Shown here: positions 12,101-24,100 of the stretch, one piece after another | Layout of the letters: every line of letters begins with the position of its first letter | How positions within the stretch are numbered: the stretch's first letter is position 1 | DNA from: Phallusia mammillata | Taxonomy: Eukaryota | DNA length: 64,000 nucleotides | NCBI GenBank assembly: GCA_965637545.1 | Contig: OZ281495.1 | Location: 22,878,001-22,942,000 of the forward strand | Direction of reading: 5' to 3' | The notes under the pieces: model-generated | Seen by the model: only the letters and a program-made list of their open reading frames with translations | What the model was told of the DNA's origin: nothing | The model's database searches: none | Made by a program: the position numbers and the translations under genes

Positions 12101-15100
12101 TAAGGAACCTTTGCAAGGACCCTTTTTCTTCGGCAGCAAACAGCGAGCGGGCAAATTTTTTGTTACTAAGATGAAAAACAAATAGAAGTTAACAGCTCGC
12201 GCCTAAATCTTGCCCCAAGTTGATACATTTCGCCACGAAAACCCTTTCAGAGTTAAAAAAACCTTTCTATCACTTTATAAGTCCTTTCGAAGAATGTGAT
12301 TCTGTTTCACACAAAGATACTCGGTTAAGACACTCATTATTTTTCCTTACCTTTGTTTGGGGTTTCGTACACAGGCTCTCCACCACCACAAGTGTCCCGG
12401 CAGCCCCAAGGAGTGTGAAACCGATTCGCATTTCCCTGGCAACCACCATAGTTAAAAAGCTTGCATCGGTCCTCCGCACTGTCGTAGTAGAACCGTGGCA
12501 TCAATGCTTTGCAAGGACCCTCTCTTCGAGGGAACCGACATTTGTATGGCAAGTTGCGCCTTTCGCTCTCTAGATGAACACGGCAAGGCTTGTTACACAG
12601 ACAACGAACTGAACAAAATAAGGATGATTTGCAAATGTTCAGGCAAAATGATTCATTCCATGGTACCCTTGTGATTAACTTGCAATGACATAAAAGAAGG
12701 AACATGTTAGAATGGCTTTCATGCATGTTTAAATGTAGTCCAAACTCAAACTTCGGCAACGAGCGTGTAAGTCAGTTAGCTCAACTTTATGACCACCCAC
12801 ATCATTGCACAGATGTGGCGCATGGCTGTGAGCGACGGTTAAGTATGGGATGCAGCAACCACAGGTCGTGACGTCATACCGATTGACGTCGGCTCTCTAG
12901 TTGATCTGACTGACACGCCGTTTTGCATGAATTCTCCTTTGCAGACTTGCGTGCAAATGCTGGCGTTGGGAAATCGGTTGGTACTGCCTTGGCAACCGCC
13001 GTAGGTAAACTGAAGGCACTTGCCGATTCCGGCGTCGTAGTAAAAGCTCGCTTCAGTGTCATTGCATGGTCGCGGCTCGACCGAGTCGAAGCAGCGAGCG
13101 GGGATCGTGGACGCTGCGTGCCAGAGCGTCGTCAGTTATTATCGTAATGACGTTTGACACTTATACCATATTTCCGCTAACTCAAAACACACCCAGGTCT
13201 TATATGTCGATCACCAAAGTTAGGCAGAATGTAGCAAGCGGCCTCTAGGCTAATTCGGTTAAAGGTGCAGTTTGGACGTGACCACCTATTAATCACAACA
13301 CTATCACTTACCAATCGGGGTAGTCTGTGGTGGATATTCGGGATCGCACATCTGCTGGCATTGTGCTGGGGTTTCGAAATTGTTTGCATTTCCCTCACAT
13401 CCTCCGTATGTAAATAACTCACACGCCTGTGTGTGCTGATTGAAGTGATACTTGGGGAAGCGACCACGACAAGGTCCAGAATCCCGTGGTAGCAAGCAAA
13501 CTGTTTCGGAACCTTAACACACCGATATAATGTTTCAGAATGTTGCTCCAAAAAGCGTCAATGCAGTATATCAGTTGTTCCTATTTCTCTTTTGTGTGTT
13601 TTAGAGCGCAATACAGCGTTTTAAATGGATGTCACCGTTTGCCCATGAATATTGTTCATTTGCACCAGTGTTTTAAACTATATCGACAAAGCATTGGGGG
13701 GCAACCATATCGTTCTTAGGCTACCACATGTATCTAATAGGCTTGGGTAAAATTGACAGCAATCAAAAATCGCCAAGTAGAAATCTGTGCAGCATAACAT
13801 AAACGATGCGTTCCATGCGTGTTAGGTTGGAAACTTAATATTTCCTTTGCGACGTGACGGGAGCAAGAGGCGAGTTGCAATCGGGTTCAAGTGCTGATCA
13901 ATCAGCTTTGCCCGAACCGAGCGCCAAACATTCCGAAGTTAAGTGTTGCAGATTAAACTAATGCAACAAATGCAAGAAACGCTTATTGCTTGCCCATGTA
14001 AATTGCCTCAAGAGATAACAGTGTCGCCATGTACGAGCGACTTCAGACGTTGAAAACAGGTTGCATACTTTTCATACAGACGGGACGTTCATACCACAAA
14101 GGTCAAGAGGATGACAAACGGTGCACCATAACTTTTGTTTACAATGTTTTGAACAATAAGAGTGTTCGCTTTGCAAGTTAGTCTTCAGTACGAGTTTAAA
14201 ACTATATGTTTAAACAACTTTGTCAAAACCAGATATTTATGTTATAGAACGCGCTTGTTCGTATTTGCGTGTGGTCGGTTTACAGATAATCCTGAGCCTG
14301 CACCACTGAGCCATAAAAAGCTTTTAGGCTTATACGTACGGAATCAAATGGCCAAGCATAAACTTTTGCCAAAATTATAGTCATATCTTCCCACGTGACA
14401 TTACGGTACTCACCAGTTGGGGCAACTCTCACAATCACTGGGCATCCGAGAGGATCAAACGATCTTCTAAACCGGGATGAGGATGGCTCGTTGTCGTATC
14501 CCTCGTAACCTACGTACGTGTAGTCGTCGTATTCGTCTAATGATGTTGTGGTGGTGGCCGTTGTCGTGACAACCGTTTCACTTGATCCATCATCTTCGTC
14601 CCCACTCTCAGCACTTCCCTCTGCAAAAACGCGTTTTTATGTATTGATATGTAATGAAACTCATATAATAGGTTGCAGACTTCTAAGGAGTTATTATTGT
14701 ATCATTTTCTCAAATTTTATGTTCAATTAAATATTAAACAGAGTTTTAACCAGGGAGTCGAACCGCTTGTCATATGGGTTCAGGTTCGGTTCGGGTTCAC
14801 TTGGTTTTGTTTTTAAGGGTTCGGGTTCAGGTCCGGTTTTTAAAAATGTATATTTTCGGGTTCGGGTTTTGTTCCGGTTTGGGCAAGTTATCCGGTCCGA
14901 ACCGGTTTGCGGTTTTTAAACCTGTTCAAATGTTTCAGTTCAATTCTACCCATCATCTACTTGGCCTTATCAAACTCCAAAATAATTTTGACCGTGTGCT
15001 GTTATTTTTGACACGCCCTATATGTGTTATCTCGCGTATTCTTCAGTGCGCTGTTTTGAACAAAAAAATCATAAAATATAAAACAGACTGCATTTTTTTA

Positions 15101-18100
15101 CTGGTTCGGTTCCGGTTCGGGTCCAACGCCAAACAAAATATAGGTTTCAACTCCGGTTCGGGTTTTTAGAAAATCGTAAATAGCGGTTCGGGAAATTATC
15201 CGCTCAAACCGGTTCGCGGGTTCGGGTTCAGTTCCGGTTCGACTCCCTGGTTTTAACTGCTGTTTTTTTTTCATCATGTCTTAAGACTTAAATGATGTTC
15301 CAGGTGACGACACTTGTAATATGGAAACGTCCAAATGCCTATTAGTAAATAACATTTTGCTTCCCTGCGTATTCTGGGTACTTATACTATGCTGACTTTG
15401 ATTTTAGTTTTTTTTAAATGGTGTGTCATATCACTTGAAACACAATCTATTTTCAGTCTATTAGAAAGCGGTACCTTTATCTTCAGACTCAATCTGATGT
15501 GCACAGCATACTTCGCAACAATATCCCTCCGGCTTGTATTTGTATTTGCACGAGTTCAAGGATGGGCAAAGAATTTCAAAACAGATCGTCTCGCCATCAA
15601 GACAAAGGCATTCTTCGCAATTGGCCACTTTCCATAGGTCACCCTCGGCGTATACTTGACCATTGCTTATGCATGTATTCGATCCTGTTTGGCATAGCAT
15701 AAAAATAACATATTATTATTTTTTAATATTAACTGCATGCAAATATTGAGACACAATATTTGCTTTTTCTCAAGTGACAATTATCAAATAATACACAGCA
15801 AACGATTAATTACCTACAATTGAAGCAAAAACACGCGGTACAATTGTGACACCTTGCTACTCATGCTGCTACAACAAATCTGACCACTCAACAAATTACT
15901 TGCATGCTATGGCCAAATTTTTTTACTCAACTAATCACAAAAAACACTTTGTAACTGAATTCACACAAACAATGGGCTCGATGATGTTGCGTCGTCCCAT
16001 TAAAGGAGTACAGCACCGGCAAACACACCAATTAGAAAGCCACACTGAATACACCCAAATAATACATGCATTGTATAAATTTGCGACATTGACTTTTGAG
16101 CCTTTAATGGAAAATGGTGTATAAAGCATTGAATCATTGGGTGCTAAACAATGATTGCAAATTATTACATGAGTACGTGAAGCAGATTACATTGGGCAGT
16201 ACTGAATTATACGCCTTGGGAGACTGTGCCGCAGAAATACGCCTGGCAATGATGTGGTTGACACCTACCGCATGCAAAAACACACTACGAGAGTGAAGCG
16301 TACCAAAGAAGTGACTCAATTACACCGAACCTACACATGCACTGACAGATGAGTGTTCCTGATTATAATTGCATCATGAGGATTACTAAAGCGACGGTGA
16401 GCAATTATGGGTGGCAAACATTGCTTTTGAACACACGACTACAAGCAGTTTCACCACATTCCGGTTCCAGCCGATCTCTTTGCAGCGTTGGCCGCCGCAG
16501 AAATGTTTTAATCGTTATGCGGACACAAAATCTGTTTAAGCCGCTGTTGAACAGTTCGAGTTTCAGCGTACATCTTGTGTGAGCCTTCTGCAAAGAGGTC
16601 AGGCGGTGCCGTGTACGTGTGAGTCCACCAATCAGCTACCCGGGCACACACCACGCACATCTACAGGCGGTTCTGGAAAGCCAGACTCACCACAGGCCGA
16701 AAACACGACGTTGTCAATAGAGACGGACACCAGAGCGCCCGGTCCTGCCCTCGCCTCGAAAATGGCCTGGAAAGGTCGATTGTATTCGGGCAACGGGACA
16801 GTACCCCGCTCCCACGCGTCAGTGCCGTTGGATGTTATGTTAAGCACTGGTATCCGGTAACCAGAATTGCATGACAGGAGGTAAATCAGTAGACAGGGAC
16901 GTTCAGTTCTGCGTCCGCGAATGAGGTATCGAAACGTCATGCAGATGCCCTTTAAAGGGTTGACAAAGAAGGGACTTGAAACTGTGGCCACCGAATGATT
17001 TTCGATGTCTGAGGTAGTTGGATGAAAAGTAAGGAAGAAGTTGACGGAGGAGGTGCTGTTGCTCGCTAATCGAGAAGCGTTTTTGTCTTCGTGCAACGAC
17101 AGATCGTCATCGTCAGTCTCATCAACTAAATTGGCCGCAGGGTCGTCGCGGCGGTTCAGAAGTGGCTCAGAGTCGATGACCCAGCCTGACGAACCGGGCG
17201 GTCGACTGCTTGGTTCGAAGAGACACAGCGTGCCACCTTTCCGTTTTGTCTCGTTTGTAGCGTCGTAGTGACGATCGTCTCGCTTCCTTCGACGACCGGG
17301 CAGCGAGAGGACGTTCTCCTCGTCGAAGTCGCAGCTTATATCCATTATAAAACGCTTCCACAGGAGGCTGGCGCAAAAATCGACGGTGGCCGGACCTTCG
17401 GTGGCCCCACCTAGGCCGCTGAGTGGATCCGTACCCATCTCTGTGTAACGCGACGCGCATAAAGAAAAACGATTTTCCCGGTAATACGAAAGTTACAAAC
17501 ATACCGCTAGGGTGTCAATCTAAAACCAGCCTTAATCAGTCATATCATTACTTCTTATTTTAACCCTTTACTCGATAAATGTCAACTGCAAATGGATTCG
17601 AGGAAAAACTAAATATTTGACAATAGAAGGGACGCCAAGTGATCAAATGGACAAATCAAACACCACCACCGACTTAACGTAAGACTCGTGGTTTATAAAG
17701 GTTGTTTTGTTTCACAAACAAAAGCTCAGGAGGTTGTTTATCCGCATAGTGGCACTGTTCAATTGTCCTCTATTTCGGTCCCGCCAATGAGGCGTCATTA
17801 ATAACGTTGTGTATTCAACTCGTACGTATAGCTATTGAAGACACTGAGTGGATTTTTCTCTCGCCTTAACGATTGACAAAATGTCAAAGCAACTGCATCA
17901 AACACAATGAATTTTTACGAGTGTTCGAAACAAAGAAAGCCTTTGTTGGCCTCAAAAGATTTACGACGCAACGTGCTTGCACATAGTAAGCGAAAGGCAA
18001 AAACTCGCAGTAAATGCGACCAACACTGCTCAGACGATTTCCACAGCTATTTCCACCGCATTTGAGGCCTCAACATGCAGTTGGACTAAATGGTTAGAGC

Positions 18101-21100
18101 GGGAGAAACTTACCGTTTGTAGTTGACTCAGTGTTGTTTGTTTCTGCAGTACGAGAACAATCGCAAACACCTGGAGAACCCGGAGGACCTGGTGGTCCTT
18201 GCAATCCTGCTGGGCCTCTTTCTCCAGCTACACCCGAAATGTTAACCGGAGTGCCCGGCTCGCCCTTAGGCCCAGCCAAACCAGTCATTCCTTTCTCGCC
18301 TACACAAGACAAAGTTAAGTGACCGTATGTGGCATAAACAAACTGTTTGAATTTTTTACCTTTCTCACCCGGATTACCGTCAACTCCATCATTTCCGGGA
18401 GTTCCAGCAATTCCAGGTTCACCTGTTAAAAACGTGACTTTAGTATTGGACTCTCATGTAAAAGAAAACACTTTCAGTACCTTTTGGGCCAATGCCACCT
18501 ATGTCTCCTTTCATTCCCCTCAAGCCAGCTTCTCCTGGAGGTCCTGGTTCTCCCATAAGGCCTTGGGGTCCAGGCAAACCGTTCATACCCGGAAATCCGT
18601 GCTTACCAATACCTCCTATTTCACCCTTGTGGCCCTTCATTCCAGGAACACCAGGTGGCCCCATGAGGCCATGGGCACCATCACTTCCATTTACTCCTGG
18701 TTCGCCTTTTGGTCCCCGTAAGCCCACAGGCCCCTGCGGACCAACAGGACCGGCCGGAGGGACAGAAACCGATACTAATGCTCCTTCGCTCCCAAGCCTC
18801 CTGCCTGCCGCTTGAATGTTTATGACCTAAAAATGCATTATTATTCAATTAGTTAGGGTGTTTTTAAAAGACACGTAAATATTAAATCATCAGAAAAGTG
18901 CTTGATAACACATTTTACATTTCTAAAATATTCGACTTAAGATTTGTTTGCAGCAAGAGCACTAAAATCTAATGCAAACACGCTTTGAATGACGGCGTTC
19001 ACAAAAGCTAATTGATCAAGTGTTTGTAGTTCGTGCCAAATTCGCCACTTAGCCTCGACTGTTATGTTTGTCTTCACTCGCATAATAATGGCAAACACCA
19101 CTGCCAGTTCATGCCGTGTATCATATGCTAAAAACTACCGAAAAATTCGACAAAAAGAAGGTCGCCACCTAAGGCCAACAGAGTTCAATTATATTCTCGA
19201 TGAATATGTTTGTTTACACAAGTTTAAACGTCATTCAAAAATGCGGCTAACATCGATCATGTTCATATACGTGTTCACCAACTCTGAGGAGAATATTTTT
19301 CTCACCTGCTGCGATAAATCGTCAATGCGCTGGTTCAGCTGCTCCACCTTAGAACAGTTGTAGCACACTAGAAAACAGAAAATGCGTGATAATACAGTGC
19401 AACAATGTCAAGGTTAAAGTTTTCACAACGCTTTGATTGTTGCTGCTTCCTGCAAATTAGTTGGTCGTGCGGTCTGGTGGTTTTAGATTAAATATTTGGT
19501 TTGTTGGCCTACAAGCATTTCCGAGAAGAAACCCAGCCAAACCGCACCTGTTCCGTTGTAAGGTTGATTAGCGCCGGGCGGGCTTGCGTACCATCTCGCC
19601 ACCCAAGCATGTCTAACGTGTGTTTGGGGTTTGAGCGGGTGCCCAACAACTTGGCTATCTAGTCTAACCTAAATCCCCAACAAGTATGCGGTTTCCTTGA
19701 CCTTTAATCTTGCGTGTGGACACATTAGTATTATTTCGATCGTCCTTTAGCTAAATATACTCGTTAGGTAATATTCGGAAGTTTACAGTGCGTATTCAAG
19801 TATAGGATAGCCAACAAAACAAATAGCTGCTTTCAGGCCACATAGTGCTCTGCTGGCACAACAAATATATGCCAGGCACACCTGGTTGCGTATTTGTATT
19901 CGCGTATATTGACCTTCTTCGATAAGTTTACGAAACTGACATAAACTTTTGCAATCGATTGACAGTGTATTATGAACTATTGGCAATAGACAAGCACATC
20001 CAGATCAAAGTATCCAAGCCCCACCAAAACACAACAAGCGTCGAGAAGCAACGGCGGATATCGGCTCGTTGAAATCCAGCACGAAGCTCATAAGCCAGAC
20101 CGCAAAACACAGATTGGCTTCATTCAAATACAGGGGAACCCGCTCAAACCTTGCCACACCTTAACTTTGTATTCATGGCCTTGTCCGGAGTGACAACTAA
20201 AAGCAGTCTTCCAGCGTTGAAATGTAGGGCTACAGGCGCGATTACCACGATCGAAGTTGTTATTACGCGAGCGTGTAACCTTGTGATTTTTTCAGGCTCG
20301 AGAGACATTGGCGGTCAGTCGAGCGACCTAGACTGATTGAAAGACGGCGGTTGGTTTCCAGCACCCGCAGCGATTGAACTTTTGTGACAGCAGTGAGTAT
20401 ACATACCCGTCTACCTGAACGGTGTGTCACTTGCTTGCGACAATATGTGGTACCGTTAATGGTAACAAAATCAACATTATAAAATCGCGTTTTGAAGCTC
20501 TATGATTTCGTTTAGAGTTCCTACACGATTGCGATACCCCGTGTTGAAGGGCATCGGGGTGCATCTTGCTCATGGAAATCCTTGACTTTTTGCAAACAGC
20601 GCGTTGTTTCCGATTACCCCAGGACGCTTGCTATTTATAACTTAGCTTCGCCAATCAAATATTCGCTGCGTTTTGATAGCTTACACAGCCTCGGCAATCA
20701 ATCGTACACAAACCGCCTTGCAGACTGTTAAGTGAATTATCGCCACAGACGCCACCGTGATTAGGGTAAACTAATGTGAAGAGTAGGTTACTCTAGTTCG
20801 AGTGTGTATCGGCCAAAGATAAACCTCCTTTCAGCACACAAGCCGTATTAAATCTATTAACCATTGTCGATCTATTGGAATTAACGAAAGTTTATAAAGG
20901 TTGGCGGTTTCTGCTCCAGTATTTGATGCGGCAAGGTATTAAAAGGCTTATACCGTTCTCGCAATTTTCTCCGGAAAATCCTGGACAACATCTCCACTCG
21001 TCAGTCGACAGTTCTTGCATACGCATAGCGTATTTGCGACGTTTGGCTATGACGTAACTAAAAGCAAAGCACAAGTTTAGTGACGTACGCAGGCGTAGTA

Positions 21101-24100
21101 GGGCCATGGTCAGGAACACGATGAAAGACAAGGGCCCCAGGGAGCAAAGGCGGGCAAGCCCATTACTGCATCTTACTTAAGGGAATACTTCTTACTAAAC
21201 GAACCGATGATAGATGTGATTAGGATAACTAAACCTTGGCTAAATACATTACAGGCGAAGTGATGTCGCGGCAAAACGTACGTTGTCACTGTTTTATGTC
21301 TTTAACGAAAGTTCTGGAATCAGTACAAGCGAAATGCTTGTGCAACTGGGCCCCGGTTTAGGCACTAAGGCACTACCACACTCGGTTGTTGCCCACGGGA
21401 TTTAAGCTGGAGGGAATGATTTCAACTTACCTCACTTTGGGGTTGCAATACAAAGCTGACCACGGACAATGCGATACAACCCTTTTTAGGTAGGTCTGTG
21501 ACCCGTTCACATATCGTTGTGGGACGAGCTTTGTGGTGGGATAGGCACAATATCGACCAGTATATATGGTTCTTTTGTCAGCTGTACGCGGCACAAGTTC
21601 AAGATTCGGCGACGTAGAAGTACTGCAACGAGCAAAATGTTTACCTGTTTTGCATTGCGAAATGTGAATTGATACAAAATAAAACAATTAGTGTTTTTTG
21701 AGCATTCGTGTTGTGGAGAGTAAAATAGTTCGTTCCATATTTCAAAATCACGTTCCGGTTGTAAGTTAGAACATAAATTTGGTGCAATGTAATTGGAAAC
21801 GTAAGATATTGTAAAGTTGACAGGAATAGTTTTCGTGCTGGTGCAAAGTGGGTTTATTAAACCAGGGGTAAAGAAACTGAATCAACCTTCCGACTACTTT
21901 AATTTTATGGCTTTTTGAAAAGCGTCTGTATATCCCCTTATTATCGAGTAGGCTATTTATTCATTACACGGAATATTTTTCCATGTTACCTAGGATAAAT
22001 TATATGATTATACTTAATGCTATGTTTCCTGAATTTGATTACAATGTAAGGATTTTCTCGTACTGACATAACTTATGGCATATTGTTAATTTGAAATCTG
22101 GGAATCATGCCTCCAACGTTTATTGGAGAAGTAAGGCAAGATGCACTTAATCACACTCATAGCTTTATCATGCAACATAACAAAATTATACACATGCAGC
22201 AAACCAAAAGCATCAAAAACATGATCAACTGTATTGTGAGTAATGTTTAAATGTTTATTCACAGATTATGGGTTGACAAATGTGTAAAACATGCTGGGCG
22301 TACCTTGCCCTATTATTGCCAGATTTGGAACGCCTACGCGTGTACAGGCTAGTAGAGTAACTTCCGTATGAACTGTATCTGAGGCAAAACACATGAAATG
22401 TAAACGTATCAGCCATAGCAGAACACAAACATAAAACACAAGGCATCATTAGATTACAAAAGCCGATATTAGCACGCTGCTAAACAATAAGAGCATGCAA
22501 ATTGTAAACAAGCCGCACAACCCACATGTATTTGTTCATTGGAAGCTTATGTGAAAGTATTTGTGCTACCAGTTAGATCCATTGGTTATTTCCCGTGTTA
22601 GGCGGCAAATGCCAAACTTTTTCAGCTGACAATCGCGTTGTTCGTCGAATCGTCAAAAGTCGGAAGCGAGTTAGCGCGTCAAATCGTGGTCGTGTGGGTT
22701 CGTTAACTGACGTCAAAAGCAAGACGTCATAGCGTCTGATGCATATGACAAGCGAATGTTGGTAGGTGTTTGTCAAATGCAATCCATGTGATGTAATATT
22801 TATGACACCTGCTTTAAATCCACTTTGGTGCAAAGGATGTATCGCTTACATACAAATCACATACTCAACAGCTTCCTCTAACTCACGCCTCGGTCGATTC
22901 AACAGCACGCAAGCAGTCTTTAAAAATAAACTTCCCCATACATTTGAAGTGTTTTTAAATGTCAGGCCTGCAAACTTTAAAGGTCGACTGACTCACTTTC
23001 ATGTGCATTTTCAACGTTATCGCAAAAAGTCCAAAGCAGTAGCCCCGAATAAATACTTTGTGGGTGGTGGGAGTTTTTATGAAGACAGAACGACCGCTCT
23101 CGCCGGAAGGTCAACAAAACGGGAATGCCGCGCTCGTAAATCTAGCAAGCGCTTCTTTAACTCCACTACACTACTGGGTGAAAAGTAGCCCCATACTTCA
23201 AGAGAGGACTTGGCGTTCAGTTAAAAAAAATTTAAAATAAAAAAAAGAGCAAAAAATTTACCCTTGTTAAAGGACGGGCTATAAGCCTGAGATCCTAGAA
23301 ATAATACCACATTTGGGGGCACCTAAATCCGTTAATATAGTTAATAGACCATGTTGGCAACACATTAAGGGCACTTTCATGTATTTGGTTTCGTAATTAG
23401 GCACGACGATCCCTAATCGATTTACAAATCCCGAAGTTTATTAACGGGCTTCCTCCTTTTTATCGGAAAGAAAAAGTCAAACGATTGAGTTATTTATGAA
23501 TGAAGTGCGAGTGTTACGGCCTTGTTTCCTCTCGTCCGTTTCCCACACCATTTAATGACCTGTTCGCGATGAATTCAAAGCAAAGCGAAGTGCGTTTCCG
23601 GAGCGACCAAATACCCTTGCTCGCTTTCTCAATGACAGACCATTCCATTCATGAAGGATATTTTTAATTTTCAGGCACGGATTTTAATGCTGAACGCAGC
23701 TCTTTAAAGGGAATGGTTCGACACCGCTAGGAGTGTGAGCCAGTTGTTGATTCACGTCTCAAGTGAAGTCTCAACAAGACCGTACAAGTGCTTTTCTGGC
23801 AGCGGTGAAACACGGCTGTCTAAAGTTTGCCAAACGTTAGAACTTGTAATCAAATTTGCTTTACTTTTCCACTATGTTTAACAAGGTCAGGTATATTTGC
23901 TGAATCGAAAGTTCGAACCTCAACATAGCACACCGCACCTTTGTAAACGCTTTATCAAAGTTTGGGCATAAAAGGTAAATTTACGCTGCAGCATCTTCGA
24001 CCGCAATCTACACCGATTCAAAGAATACGTGGGAAGTTCGCTGAGTTCCCTTATATGTGACCAAACTTCAAAAGACCCCTTTCATTTTTGTCCAAAAGCT

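Noticed and set aside
17167-17502. Arg-rich 111-aa ORF overlapping the MAM exon in another frame
   Set aside because: It is not phase-compatible with the upstream donor; best explained as a GC-rich shadow frame.
18347-18815. Pro/Gly-rich plus-strand ORFs
   Set aside because: These are antisense shadows of the collagen Gly-X-Y exons.
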